Shown: positions 37,203-47,644, counted from the stretch's first letter. The stretch is 64,000 bases of DNA from an uncultured Lachnospiraceae bacterium (GCA_905233695.1 CAJODN010000010.1:20623-84622); one strand, 5' to 3'. A program made the numbers and translations. The notes: generated by a model from the sequence alone, not told the origin.

Positions 37203-38171
37203 CTAGTACGGCAACCCACTATCATAAGAACAATCCCCCAGCGAAGCGAAGAGCTTATTTAAGTTCTCCATCTTCTCCTTGTCCGTTACGTTCCTTGACA
37301 GGGTATGGGCCGTGGCATAGTAGTGTATCCTGTCCGTAAGGATAGGCGTTGCTTTGTCGATAAGGTCATATACGCTGTCGGTTGACTTGGCATTTTCGTC
37401 CCACGGATTAACCCATTCCTTTTTCCTGAGGTTACAGGGATCCTCGAAGACAACCACGTCATCATTGGGAATCATGGGTGATATCACGGCGAATCCCGTT
37501 GCGCACCTCTCTAAGTATCTTACGCCGAACTTCTTGTTGCCGGATCCGTCATTCAGAAGATTCGTAACAAAGGACATGCAAGGAAGAGCTTGTCTAACGA
37601 AGCAGAAGGGCACCTTGCTTTCCGGAAATGCTTTAGCGATAGCCCTGTATAACAGCACAGAGATAACCATGTGCTCAGTAACAGACAGCTTAATAGTGTC
37701 GCCCATCTTGAATTCGCTGGACTTAAGATGCAGGTAGTGACGAAGCAGGGCGTTATCGATGTCGGTCTCCAAGAATACGTGAGTACCGAAATCATACATT
37801 TTCTTGTCATCGTGATCCATATAATTGGTTCTGTAGTAAATGTACGGATGAACCATGCAATCTAATGTATAATGCCCCATAAATCCTGCAATATACGCAT
37901 CGCATATCTGTCTGTGACTCTTCTTAAGCATGCTGTTTCTTACGTCGATTAAGCACTTGAAGAAGAGGTTAGAGTCATTCTTATGAATCACATTTCCAAT
38001 ATTCTTATCATAGAACACATACGCCGGAATGTAATAGAAGAACACGTCAGGTCCCTGGAGTCCCATATGGTAGCTCTGGGGATATCTTATTAAGAATTGT
38101 TCGTGATTATTGGGTGTAAATGTTGTAAGAGCATTACGTCCGAATAAATAATGTGATCTAAAGCCCGGCAT
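37203..38171 (-). CDS. zinc-dependent phospholipase C-like family protein (tentative)
   Basis: 322 aa with no signal peptide. N-terminal MPGFRSHYLFG and His/Asp-rich blocks (GLQGPDVFFY, GFMGHYTLDCMVHPY) recall proteins annotated in this family. The assignment is from memory only. Confidence 0.5.
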   Translation of the reverse strand: MPGFRSHYLFGRNALTTFTPNNHEQFLIRYPQSYHMGLQGPDVFFYYIPAYVFYDKNIGNVIHKNDSNLFFKCLIDVRNSMLKKSHRQICDAYIAGFMGHYTLDCMVHPYIYYRTNYMDHDDKKMYDFGTHVFLETDIDNALLRHYLHLKSSEFKMGDTIKLSVTEHMVISVLLYRAIAKAFPESKVPFCFVRQALPCMSFVTNLLNDGSGNKKFGVRYLERCATGFAVISPMIPNDDVVVFEDPCNLRKKEWVNPWDENAKSTDSVYDLIDKATPILTDRIHYYATAHTLSRNVTDKEKMENLNKLFASLGDCSYDSGLPY

Positions 38172-38198
38172 AGTATTATCCTCCTGAAACTAAGATAT

Positions 38199-38340
38199 CT
38201 ATTCGGAGCCAAGCTCCGGAAAAAGTAAAGACCACTTTTTCCGGACCTGTGGCTTCTCGCCAAAGAAATTTGTTAAGAAATACTGTCTTGAATGCAAGCA
38301 TTCAAAGTATTTCTTAACAAATTGCCTCGGCTCCGAATAG
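38199..38340. repeat. 142-nt nested palindrome (three-way-junction-like)
   Basis: Perfect 12-bp outer stem CTATTCGGAGCC (38199-38210) / GGCTCCGAATAG (38329-38340). Hairpin 1 has a perfect 12 bp (38215-38226 / 38234-38245). Hairpin 2 has a perfect 18 bp (38267-38284 / 38306-38323) plus an inner 6-8 bp. Confidence 0.85.
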
Positions 38341-38454
38341 AAACATTATACCACAAAGAACCCCAATAGTTCACAAAATATATATAATTTTTCACTAGAA
38401 TATTTAGTTGAAATACGTTATAATACTATCCGTTTTGAATTAAGGAGGCAGATT

Positions 38455-39960
38455 ATGGCTACAATCTGGGGAAATATATATCATAAAGCTGAGAGAAAGA
38501 TCTACGCTTCAATCGTTGATAAGCTTCTTCACTCAATAAGCAGTAAGGAGGACGAAGAAGAGAGGATGAAGACGTACCTTAAGATAGTTGACTCTACGGT
38601 TAAGTTCTGGGGTGAAGATAAGACCAATATGGACTCTTTCAGAAAGGTAAGAGGCTACTTTGAAGACCCTGATAACAGGTGGGTTAAGTTCCTTAACAGG
38701 ATTATTGATGAGACTAACCCGAACTGCTTTAAGACACTTGTTGTTAACCTTGGATACGAGGGATTCCTTCGCGGAACGAAGATGATTCGTAAAAACCGTG
38801 AGAAATATAATTGTAACATCCCGTGGCTTATCTTATTCGATCCGACGGATGCTTGTAATCTTCACTGTACAGGCTGTTGGTCAGGCACATACGGTCACAA
38901 GAACAACCTGACATACGAGGAAATGGATAAGATTGTCACACAGGGTAAAGAGCTTGGAACGTATTTCTATATGATGACCGGCGGTGAGCCAACCGTTAGA
39001 AAAAATGACATACTGAAACTTGCTGAGAAGCATAACGAGTGCTATTTTGCATTGTTCAGTAACTCAACTCTTATCGACGATGAACTCTGTAAGGAAGTTG
39101 TTCGTCTCGGTAACATCTCATTCCTTCTCTCTGTTGAAGGCTCGGAGGAGACCAACGACGAGCGTCGAGGTGAAGGTCACTATGCGGCGGCAATGAACGC
39201 AATGGACCTCTTTAGGAAATACGGTATCATATTCGGAACATCTATCTGTTACACGAGGAATAATAATGATGCGGTCACTGATGAGAAGTTCATAAGGTTC
39301 CTTGCCGAGAAGGGTGCAAGGTACGGCTTCTATTTCCACTATATGCCGATCGGTGCCAATGCCGCTCCGGAGCTTATGCCAACCAATGAGCAGAGAATCG
39401 ATACAATTAACAGGATAAGGGAGATTCGTCATGGCGACAATGATATACCTTTCTTCCCTATGGATTTCCAGAATGACGGTGAATTCGTAGGCGGATGTAT
39501 CGCAGGTGGACGAAACTACTTCCATATTAACGCACAGGGTGATGCGGAGCCTTGCGTGTTCATACATTTCTCAGACAGTAATATCAAGACTCATTCAATA
39601 CTTGAGATGCTTCAGAGTCCGCTTTTCAAGGCATATCATGAGGGGCAGCCATTCAACAGGAACATGCTTCGCCCTTGTCCTATGCTTGAGAACCCCGAGC
39701 TTCTTAAGGAAATGGTTGATAAGACGGGAGCCAAGGGTACCAACGCCGAGTGTGAAGAGACAGTCGACCAACTCTGTGCAAAATGTAAGCAGTATGCAGC
39801 CGACTGGGCACCCGTAGCTGACAAGATCTGGAACGCCGAGTCCCACGTGCACAAGTCTTACGTGAACTACACGAAGGAAAAGAGGGAACACCCGGAACTC
39901 GCCGGATTCCAGCACGCAGACGGCCCGGACGGCCTCGACCTTGATAATCTACACATATAG
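38455..39960 (+). CDS. radical SAM protein (501 aa) with ~130-aa N-terminal extension and Cys-rich C-terminal region
   Basis: CNLHCTGCW (CX3CX2C) and MTGGEPT. Six further Cys lie in the last ~170 aa (GGCIAGG, EPCVF, RPCPM, AECEE, LCAKC). Confidence 0.85.
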   Translation: MATIWGNIYHKAERKIYASIVDKLLHSISSKEDEEERMKTYLKIVDSTVKFWGEDKTNMDSFRKVRGYFEDPDNRWVKFLNRIIDETNPNCFKTLVVNLGYEGFLRGTKMIRKNREKYNCNIPWLILFDPTDACNLHCTGCWSGTYGHKNNLTYEEMDKIVTQGKELGTYFYMMTGGEPTVRKNDILKLAEKHNECYFALFSNSTLIDDELCKEVVRLGNISFLLSVEGSEETNDERRGEGHYAAAMNAMDLFRKYGIIFGTSICYTRNNNDAVTDEKFIRFLAEKGARYGFYFHYMPIGANAAPELMPTNEQRIDTINRIREIRHGDNDIPFFPMDFQNDGEFVGGCIAGGRNYFHINAQGDAEPCVFIHFSDSNIKTHSILEMLQSPLFKAYHEGQPFNRNMLRPCPMLENPELLKEMVDKTGAKGTNAECEETVDQLCAKCKQYAADWAPVADKIWNAESHVHKSYVNYTKEKREHPELAGFQHADGPDGLDLDNLHI

Positions 39961-39985
39961 AGACTCTAGGCAAACATCGAATCAG

Positions 39986-40061
39986 CCAAGACCTGCTAAG
40001 TTACCGGCACACCCCGTTCGGGGTGCGCATACGACTTTCGTATGAGCGTGCAGGTACTTGG
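39986..40061. repeat. 76-nt structured repeat, copy B (reverse complement of 4823-4899)
   Basis: CCAAGACCTGC...CACCCCGTTCGGGGTG...CATACGACTTTCGTATG...GCAGGTACTTGG. It begins 26 nt after the radical SAM stop codon. Confidence 0.8.
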
Positions 40062-40195
40062 TGATGAGATGTAGGAGTAGGATTAAAGTCAGCAGACAAA
40101 AATGAAATTAACTATTGCGATTCTAGTTGAAACATATTACAATAAAACTACTGCGAATGGTGTGCGCGGTAGTTTTTTGTGAAGAGGGAAAAGTT

Positions 40196-41635
40196 ATGTT
40201 TATCGGACGAAAGAAAGAATTAGAGATCCTTTCGGATTTCTATAACGATACTGACGCCGGAATTCTGTGCGTTACAGGACAAAAGGGCATGGGTAAGACC
40301 ACCCTTTTAAAAGAATTTGCAAAGGATAAAAAGCACATTTTCCATATATCATATCCTACGACTGACGCCGGTCAGATGATGCTCTTCTCACGTAGCGTGG
40401 AGGAGTTCACAGGCACAGTCGACTTCGCCAATACATCCAACTTAGATAAGCTTAAGAAGGAGTATAGCGAAGCATATTCTCTAAGCGAGCTTCTTTCTGA
40501 CATTAAGAGAACGGCCGAGGGCGACAAGGTTCTTCTAATAATCGATCAGTACTATGATTTCGTCAAGGCTGATTCATCCTACGAGAAGACACTTCACGAA
40601 TTTCTCATGGAAAACCCCGAGAACAATAATATAAAGCTAATCGTATGCGGTGATTCTTTCCTTGCCATGGATAAGTACGTCCTTTCGAAGAAATCGATCT
40701 GGAAAAACGACAAGGTTACCGAGATTCACCTTAAGGCCATGGGCTTCTATGAAGCATCAGAGTTCTATCCCGATAAAACTGCCGAAGAAAAGGCATTTCT
40801 ATACGGTATAACAGGTGGCATCCCCGCACATTTACAAAATGTGGGAGAAAATGTAAAGGACACGGTAAGTTCCTTGTTCCTGGATGGCGACAACCCTTCG
40901 ACAGCTATGCCTGAAGATACAATGAGTATTGACGTCAGAGAGCCGGCTAATTATAACAGGATGCTTATTGCGGTGGCCCAGGGTAATAACAGGGTAATCC
41001 AGTTGTCGGCTGTTGTTAATAAGCCGAAGGACGTGATTGTTCCTTATCTTAAGGCACTTATGGCAATCGACGTTGTGGAGAAGAACAATGCCATTACGGA
41101 GAAGAACAACCGTAAGAAGACGAGGTACGGAATTGTCAACACTAATCACCTGTTCTGGTACCGCTATATCGCCCCCAACATCGATATGTACTATAACGGC
41201 AAGCTTAAGGATTCTTACGAGGAACTCATCGCGCCGGAGCTTTCCGACTTCATGAAGATTGTATTTATCAATATTTGCAAGGAATATATAAGGAAGAAGG
41301 CCGATGCCGGTAAGATGCCATTTACCGTGGATGAGGTCGGTAACTGGTGGGAGAACGATGAGGAGAAGCGAACCACTGCCGGCTTCGATATAGTTTCCCT
41401 TGGTAAATGTAATGAGAAGCCCTGCACCGTATTCGCAAGATGCTACTATTCCGGGGAGCCCATAGAAATGGCGACCTTGAAGGACTTAATTGAGATGACG
41501 AAGCACGTAAAAGCAGAGGGTGACGTCTTCTATATAGTGTTCTCTAAGAGCGGATTTCATGAGAACACACTTACGGTTGCGGGAGCAATTAAAAATATTA
41601 TGCTAATAACACTTGATGATGTGGTGACTTTGTAG
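40196..41635 (+). CDS. ATP-binding protein (archaeal-type AAA ATPase, DUF234-like C-terminus)
   Basis: FIGRKKELEIL...VTGQKGMGKTTLL (Walker A) and LLIIDQY (Walker B). The C-terminal block GFDIVSLG....CTVFARCYYS resembles the DUF234 nuclease-like module. The ATG at 40196 follows RBS GAAGAGGGAA. Confidence 0.7.
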   Translation: MFIGRKKELEILSDFYNDTDAGILCVTGQKGMGKTTLLKEFAKDKKHIFHISYPTTDAGQMMLFSRSVEEFTGTVDFANTSNLDKLKKEYSEAYSLSELLSDIKRTAEGDKVLLIIDQYYDFVKADSSYEKTLHEFLMENPENNNIKLIVCGDSFLAMDKYVLSKKSIWKNDKVTEIHLKAMGFYEASEFYPDKTAEEKAFLYGITGGIPAHLQNVGENVKDTVSSLFLDGDNPSTAMPEDTMSIDVREPANYNRMLIAVAQGNNRVIQLSAVVNKPKDVIVPYLKALMAIDVVEKNNAITEKNNRKKTRYGIVNTNHLFWYRYIAPNIDMYYNGKLKDSYEELIAPELSDFMKIVFINICKEYIRKKADAGKMPFTVDEVGNWWENDEEKRTTAGFDIVSLGKCNEKPCTVFARCYYSGEPIEMATLKDLIEMTKHVKAEGDVFYIVFSKSGFHENTLTVAGAIKNIMLITLDDVVTL

Positions 41636-41681
41636 TATTATACTAGATGTTGTGTGTTGTTTTTAATAAAAAGGAAAAGAA

Positions 41682-42521
41682 ATGACTAATCTTGAATTAA
41701 AAAAAGTCGCCGTTGAGATAAGAATTGATATCATAAGAGGTACCCATGCCGCTAAGGCAGGGCACCCGGGCGGCGCACTATCAGCAGCGGAAGTATTCGC
41801 ATTTCTTTATAATGAAGAAATGAATGTAGATCCCAAGAATCCTAAGGATCCTAACAGGGACAGATTCGTACTATCTAAGGGGCATTCGGCTCCGGGCCTT
41901 TATTCTGCGCTTGCACTAAGAGGCTTTTTCCCAAGAGAAGATATATTAACACTTCGCCATATCGGCTCCCACCTACAAGGCCATCCGGTTCTCGGTATGA
42001 CCCCGGGTATTGATATGTCAAGCGGTTCTCTCGGTCAGGGAGCGTCAGCGTCACTTGGAATGGCGATGGCGGCAAGAATTGATAATAAGGACTATCGTAC
42101 ATACGCGCTTCTCGGAGACGGAGAGATTCAGGAAGGACAGGTGTGGGAGGCTGCAATGTTCGCAGGAAGCCATAATCTGGATAACCTTTGCTGGATTATA
42201 GATAATAATAACCTTCAGATAGACGGTGCAATTGATGAGATCAACTCGCCCTATCCAATCGGAGCGAAGTTCGAAGCCTTTAACTTTAACGTGGTTGAGC
42301 TTGACGACGGTCACGATTTCGACAAGCTTCGAGGAGCATTCGAGAATGCAAGGAATTGTAAGGGCAAGCCAACTGTTATCATCCTTAAGACAGTTAAGGG
42401 CAAGGGTGTGTCTTTTATGGAAAATGTTGTAGGTTGGCACGGAGTCGCACCAAAAGACGACGAAGCAGAGAAGGCGCTTAATGAGCTTAATAAGGTCAAG
42501 GAGGAACTATGTCAGAATTAA
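41682..42521 (+). CDS. transketolase, N-terminal subunit
   Basis: 279 aa. GHPGGALS, SKGH and GDGE..EG thiamine-diphosphate motifs. It overlaps the next gene by 13 nt. Confidence 0.92.
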   Translation: MTNLELKKVAVEIRIDIIRGTHAAKAGHPGGALSAAEVFAFLYNEEMNVDPKNPKDPNRDRFVLSKGHSAPGLYSALALRGFFPREDILTLRHIGSHLQGHPVLGMTPGIDMSSGSLGQGASASLGMAMAARIDNKDYRTYALLGDGEIQEGQVWEAAMFAGSHNLDNLCWIIDNNNLQIDGAIDEINSPYPIGAKFEAFNFNVVELDDGHDFDKLRGAFENARNCKGKPTVIILKTVKGKGVSFMENVVGWHGVAPKDDEAEKALNELNKVKEELCQN

Positions 42522-43447
42522 AGAGAATTGCAACAAGACAAAGTTACGGCGAGGCCTTAGCTGAAATCGGAGAGAAGGACGACAGGATAGTTGTTCTCGA
42601 TGCCGACCTTGCGGAGTCAACCAAGACTGCCATATTCGGCAAGAAATTCCCCGACAGATTCATTGACTGCGGTATTGCGGAAGCCAATATGATAAGTATG
42701 GCAGCAGGACTTGCAAGCTGCGGTAAGGTACCCTTCTGTTCAAGCTTCGCAATGTTCGCAACGGGAAGAGCCTATGAGCAGATAAGAAACAGCGTGGGTT
42801 ATCCTCATCTTAATGTAAGAATCTGCGCAAGCCACGCCGGAATATCGGTAGGCGAGGACGGCGCAACACACCAGTGCGTAGAGGACATATCCCTTATGCG
42901 TAATATACCGGGCATGAAAATATTCTGTCCGGCGGACGACCTTGAGACAAAAGAGTGCATTAAAGCGCTTATGGACGTGGAGGGCCCCTGTTACGTAAGG
43001 CTCGGAAGACTTGCGGTTCCCGCATATAACGAGCCCGGCAGTTATAAGTTCAACTTATACGAAGCCCCGGTACTTCGCGAAGGAAAGGACGTAACCTTAT
43101 TCGCAACGGGACTTGAAGTTATAGAAGCCTTGCAGGCAGCGGACGAGCTTGCAAAGGACGGAATAGATGCGGAAGTTATTAATGTTCATACGATTAAGCC
43201 CCTTGATGTGGACACGGTTGTTGCATCAGCCAGGAAGACAGGCAAGGTGGTAACAATCGAGGAACATTCTATAATAGGAGGTCTCGGCTCAGCCGTAGCC
43301 GAAGTCCTATCGGAGAATCATCCGACGATTCAGCTTCGAATCGGAATTAAGGACAAGTTCGGCGAGTCCGGTCCGGCGCTTAAGCTTCTCGAGAAATACG
43401 AGCTGGATTCGAAAGGCATTTATAAGCAAGTTAAGGCTTTTGTTTAA
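42509..43447 (+). CDS. transketolase, C-terminal subunit
   Basis: 312 aa. GIAEANM, the pyrimidine-binding domain and the C-terminal domain. Confidence 0.92.
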   Translation: MSELKRIATRQSYGEALAEIGEKDDRIVVLDADLAESTKTAIFGKKFPDRFIDCGIAEANMISMAAGLASCGKVPFCSSFAMFATGRAYEQIRNSVGYPHLNVRICASHAGISVGEDGATHQCVEDISLMRNIPGMKIFCPADDLETKECIKALMDVEGPCYVRLGRLAVPAYNEPGSYKFNLYEAPVLREGKDVTLFATGLEVIEALQAADELAKDGIDAEVINVHTIKPLDVDTVVASARKTGKVVTIEEHSIIGGLGSAVAEVLSENHPTIQLRIGIKDKFGESGPALKLLEKYELDSKGIYKQVKAFV

Positions 43448-43465
43448 CCAGCAGAAACTATAATC

Positions 43466-43484
43466 GGGCGCCGGTTCGGCGCCC
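43466..43484 (+). terminator. intrinsic terminator after transketolase
   Basis: GGGCGCCG-GTT-CGGCGCCC followed by a T-rich tail. Confidence 0.7.
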
Positions 43485-43531
43485 TAATTTATTCTTTGTG
43501 ACACATTCGAAAAACTTTCTAAAAAATTTCC

Positions 43532-43561
43532 TTGACACCTCAACTTGATTTGGTGTATTAT
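43532..43561 (+). promoter_or_regulatory. candidate promoter of rpoBC
   Basis: TTGACA (43532-43537), 18-nt spacer, TATTAT (43556-43561). The ~110-nt leader contains the hairpin TGGGGA...TCCCCA. Confidence 0.55.
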
Positions 43562-43672
43562 GTAGAGTGCTTTATTGTGTGATAGTGGGGATATTATGCC
43601 TATTTTTAATTCCCCATTAGGTGTGTGCAATAAAAACAAACTATATATTAAGATGAAGAGGTGGAGCGTCCA

Positions 43673-46600
43673 ATGGAGAAAAACAGAATGCGTCCCGTTA
43701 AATCCGGTAAGAACATACGTATGAGTTATTCCAGACAAAAAGAAGTTCTGGAAATGCCAGACTTTATTGAAATTCAGAAGAACTCTTACGGCTGGTTCTT
43801 GGAAGACGGGCTTAAGGAAGTCTTTAACGATATCTCGCCCATTAGTGACTACAGCAACAAATTAAGTCTTAATTTTGTTGACTTTACACTATGTGAGGAC
43901 GAGAAAAAGTACACTATCGAAGAGTGTAAAGAGAGGGACGCTACATACGCGGCTCCTTTAAAGGTCGTTGTAAGCCTCCTTAATAAAGATACTGACGAAA
44001 TTATCACTCAGGAAATTTTCATGGGGGACATGCCCCTAATGACTGAGACGGGTACTTTCGTTATTAATGGTGCGGAGCGTGTAATTGTAAGTCAATTGGT
44101 ACGTTCTCCGGGCATTTACTATGCAATCGATCATGATAAAATCGGTAAGAAGCTCTATTCTTGTACCGTTATCCCCAATCGTGGTGCATGGCTTGAGTAC
44201 GAGACTGACTCTAACGACGTATTCTACGTTCGTGTAGACAGGACAAGAAAGGTACCCATTACGGTGCTTATTCGTGCTCTCGGCGTAGGCACAGACAAGG
44301 AGATTATTGAATTATTCGGTGATGAGCCGAAGATCATGGCGTCCCTGGAGAAGGATCCTTCAAAAGATCCCGAGAGATTCCCCGAAGGAAGCTATGAGAG
44401 AGGTCTTCTCGAATTATATAAGAAGATTCGTCCCGGCGAGCCCCTTCAGGTAGAAAGTGCGGAGAGCCTTATTAATGCTATGTTCTTCGACCCCAGAAGA
44501 TATGACTTAGCTAAGGTTGGACGTTATAAGTTCAATAAGAAATTGTCTTTCAGACATAGAATTTACAATCAGACTCTTGCAGAGGATGTTGTAAGTCAAC
44601 TTACGGGAGAAGTCATTGCTGAGGCGGGAACTCTCGTATCAAGAGAGCTTGCTGACGAGATTCAGAATAACGCTATACCTTATGTAATGATTCAGGCTGA
44701 AGATAGAAATGTTAAGGTACTGTCTAATATGATGGTAGACTTTGATTTCTTCGTCGGTCTTGATTGTGACCCCAAGGATCTCGGCGTTACAGAGAAGGTA
44801 TATTATCCTGTTCTCGAAGAATTAATGAATGAATATGAAGACGGAGAAGAGCTTGCCGAAGCGGTAAAACGTAACATCGGTGACCTTATCCCCAAGCATG
44901 TAACGAGAGATGATATATTTGCTTCTATTAATTATAATATGCATCTCGAGTACGGTATCGGTAAGGATGACGATATCGACCACTTGGGTAATCGTCGTAT
45001 CCGTGCGGTTGGAGAGCTTCTTCAGAATCAATATAGAATCGGACTCTCAAGAATGGAGAGAGTTGTAAGAGAGAGAATGACATCCCAGGATCTCGATGCC
45101 ATTTCCCCTCAGAGCCTGATTAACATTAAGCCTGTAACTTCAGCTGTTAAGGAGTTCTTCGGATCTTCACAGCTGTCACAGTTCATGGATCAGAATAACC
45201 CCCTTGGTGAGCTTACACATAAGAGACGTCTCTCAGCTCTCGGTCCCGGAGGCCTCTCAAGAGACAGAGCCGGATTCGAGGTTCGTGACGTACACTACTC
45301 TCACTACGGAAGAATGTGTCCTATTGAGACACCTGAGGGACCTAACATCGGACTTATTAACTCTCTTGCAAGTTATGCGAGAATTAATGAATACGGATTT
45401 ATCGAGGCTCCTTATCGTAAGATTGATAAGACTGATCCTGAGAACCCCAGGGTTACAGATGAAGTTGTATACATGACAGCCGACGAAGAGGATAATTATC
45501 ACGTAGCACAGGCTAACGAGCGTCTTGACGAGGAAGGTCATTTCGTACGTAACAGTGTTGCAGGTCGTTTCCGTGAAGAGACATCGGAATACGATAAGAC
45601 TCTTATAGATTACATGGATGTGTCACCGAAAATGGTATTCTCCGTGGCTACAGCCCTTATCCCGTTCCTCCAGAACGACGATGCTAACCGTGCCCTTATG
45701 GGTTCTAACATGCAGCGTCAGGCAGTGCCTCTTATTACAACGGAAGCACCTGTTGTAGGAACCGGAATGGAGCCTAAGAGTGCTGTGGATTCCGGCGTCT
45801 GCGTAACGGCGAAGGAAGCGGGAACGGTAGAATTCGTTGACGCAACTAAGATTATCATTAAGGGCGATGCAGGTAAGCAGGAGTATAAGCTTGGTAAATT
45901 CGCAAGAAGTAACCAGAGTAACTGCTATAACCAACGTCCTATCGTATATAAAGGCGATAAGGTTGAGAAGGGAGAAGTCATTGCCGACGGACCTTCTACA
46001 TCCAATGGTGAGATTGCTCTCGGTAAGAATCCGCTTATCGGATTCATGACCTGGGAAGGTTACAACTACGAGGATGCGGTTCTCCTTTCAGAACGACTTG
46101 TTAAGGACGATGTATATACATCTATCCATATAGAAGAATATGAGACAGAGGCCAGAGATACTAAGCTTGGCGCGGAAGAGATAACAAGAGATATCTCGGG
46201 TGTCGGCGATGATGCCAGAGCTAATCTCGATGAAGACGGAATTATAAGAATCGGTGCAGAGGTTCGTGCCGGTGATATTCTTGTTGGAAAGGTTACTCCT
46301 AAGGGTGAGACGGAAGCCTCAGCCGAGGAGAAGCTTCTTCGTGCAATTTTCGGAGATAAAGCCAAGGAAGTAAGAGATACATCTCTTAAGGTGCCTCATG
46401 GTGAATACGGCGTTGTGGTTGATGCTAAAGTATTTACCAGAGAAAACGGAGACGAATTACCACCCGGCGTTAATAAGTCGGTAAGAATCTATATTGCCCA
46501 GAAACGTAAGATATCAGTAGGTGATAAGATGGCCGGTCGTCACGGTAATAAGGGTGTAGTATCACGTATACTTCCTGTTGAGGATATGCCGTACCTTCCT

Positions 46601-47644
46601 AACGGAAGACCGCTTGATATTGTGCTTAATCCTCTTGGTGTGCCTTCTCGTATGAATATCGGACAGGTACTTGAGATTCACTTGTCACTTGCCGCTAAGG
46701 CACTGGGCTTCGATATCGAGACACCCGTATTCGACGGCGCTAAAGAGATTGATATCCAGGACACATTAGAGCTTGCCAACGATTATGTTAACCTTCCTTT
46801 TGATAAGGAGGAGGCTAAGCTCGAAAAATGGGCTGATAAGAATGAGAATTTCCAAGATAAATATAAAGACACGCTTAATAAAGACGTAATGCAGTACTTA
46901 AGCGACAACCGCGACCACAGAGCGCTGTGGGAGGGCGTTGAGCTTGGAAGAGACGGTAAGGTTCAGCTTCGTGACGGAAGAACGGGAGAAGAGTTCGACT
47001 CTCCGGTAACAATCGGTCACATGCATTATCTGAAGCTTCACCATTTGGTTGACGATAAGATTCACGCTCGTTCAACCGGTCCTTACTCTCTTGTAACGCA
47101 GCAGCCGCTCGGTGGTAAGGCACAGTTCGGTGGACAGCGTTTCGGAGAAATGGAAGTGTGGGCCCTCGAGGCATATGGCGCAAGCTACACATTACAGGAG
47201 ATCTTAACAATGAAGTCCGACGATGTAGTCGGTCGTGTTAAGACATATGAAGCAATTATTAAGGGTGAGAACATCCCTGAACCCGGTATACCCGAGTCAT
47301 TCAAGGTACTTCTTAAGGAATTACAGTCACTTGGACTCGATGTCAAGGTTCTTGACGAGAACAGGGGCGAAGTTCAGTTAATTGAGACAAGCGAATACGG
47401 CAATACCGATTACAATGCGGTAATGGCCGATGCCAATAAGAATTTTGCATTTGAGGAAAATGTTGATTTCTCGGCAAGAGGATTTACTGAACACAGCGTC
47501 GACGAAGAGAGCGACTTAGAGTCTGAAGATTTTGCAGACCTTGGAGCGGAAGCATTTGCTGCGAAGCGGTTTCGGACGGCGAAGAATAATTTGTTAAATG
47601 TTGATTTAACAACCTGCAAGCAGCTGCATTTTACATTAGTATAG
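43673..47644 (+). CDS. rpoB: DNA-directed RNA polymerase subunit beta
   Basis: Unambiguous RpoB sequence throughout (for example GRHGNKGV and NMQRQAVPL). The ATG at 43673 is preceded by GGTGGAG; the track start 43661 is a GTG inside the RBS. Confidence 0.97.
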   Translation: MEKNRMRPVKSGKNIRMSYSRQKEVLEMPDFIEIQKNSYGWFLEDGLKEVFNDISPISDYSNKLSLNFVDFTLCEDEKKYTIEECKERDATYAAPLKVVVSLLNKDTDEIITQEIFMGDMPLMTETGTFVINGAERVIVSQLVRSPGIYYAIDHDKIGKKLYSCTVIPNRGAWLEYETDSNDVFYVRVDRTRKVPITVLIRALGVGTDKEIIELFGDEPKIMASLEKDPSKDPERFPEGSYERGLLELYKKIRPGEPLQVESAESLINAMFFDPRRYDLAKVGRYKFNKKLSFRHRIYNQTLAEDVVSQLTGEVIAEAGTLVSRELADEIQNNAIPYVMIQAEDRNVKVLSNMMVDFDFFVGLDCDPKDLGVTEKVYYPVLEELMNEYEDGEELAEAVKRNIGDLIPKHVTRDDIFASINYNMHLEYGIGKDDDIDHLGNRRIRAVGELLQNQYRIGLSRMERVVRERMTSQDLDAISPQSLINIKPVTSAVKEFFGSSQLSQFMDQNNPLGELTHKRRLSALGPGGLSRDRAGFEVRDVHYSHYGRMCPIETPEGPNIGLINSLASYARINEYGFIEAPYRKIDKTDPENPRVTDEVVYMTADEEDNYHVAQANERLDEEGHFVRNSVAGRFREETSEYDKTLIDYMDVSPKMVFSVATALIPFLQNDDANRALMGSNMQRQAVPLITTEAPVVGTGMEPKSAVDSGVCVTAKEAGTVEFVDATKIIIKGDAGKQEYKLGKFARSNQSNCYNQRPIVYKGDKVEKGEVIADGPSTSNGEIALGKNPLIGFMTWEGYNYEDAVLLSERLVKDDVYTSIHIEEYETEARDTKLGAEEITRDISGVGDDARANLDEDGIIRIGAEVRAGDILVGKVTPKGETEASAEEKLLRAIFGDKAKEVRDTSLKVPHGEYGVVVDAKVFTRENGDELPPGVNKSVRIYIAQKRKISVGDKMAGRHGNKGVVSRILPVEDMPYLPNGRPLDIVLNPLGVPSRMNIGQVLEIHLSLAAKALGFDIETPVFDGAKEIDIQDTLELANDYVNLPFDKEEAKLEKWADKNENFQDKYKDTLNKDVMQYLSDNRDHRALWEGVELGRDGKVQLRDGRTGEEFDSPVTIGHMHYLKLHHLVDDKIHARSTGPYSLVTQQPLGGKAQFGGQRFGEMEVWALEAYGASYTLQEILTMKSDDVVGRVKTYEAIIKGENIPEPGIPESFKVLLKELQSLGLDVKVLDENRGEVQLIETSEYGNTDYNAVMADANKNFAFEENVDFSARGFTEHSVDEESDLESEDFADLGAEAFAAKRFRTAKNNLLNVDLTTCKQLHFTLV

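Noticed and set aside
40102-40182. 26-codon ORF (MKLTIAILVETYYNKTTANGVRGSFL) as a possible RiPP precursor for the radical SAM enzyme
   Set aside because: It has no Shine-Dalgarno sequence, sits in the promoter/leader region of the next gene, and has no Cys/Ser/Thr-rich core typical of radical SAM-modified peptides.
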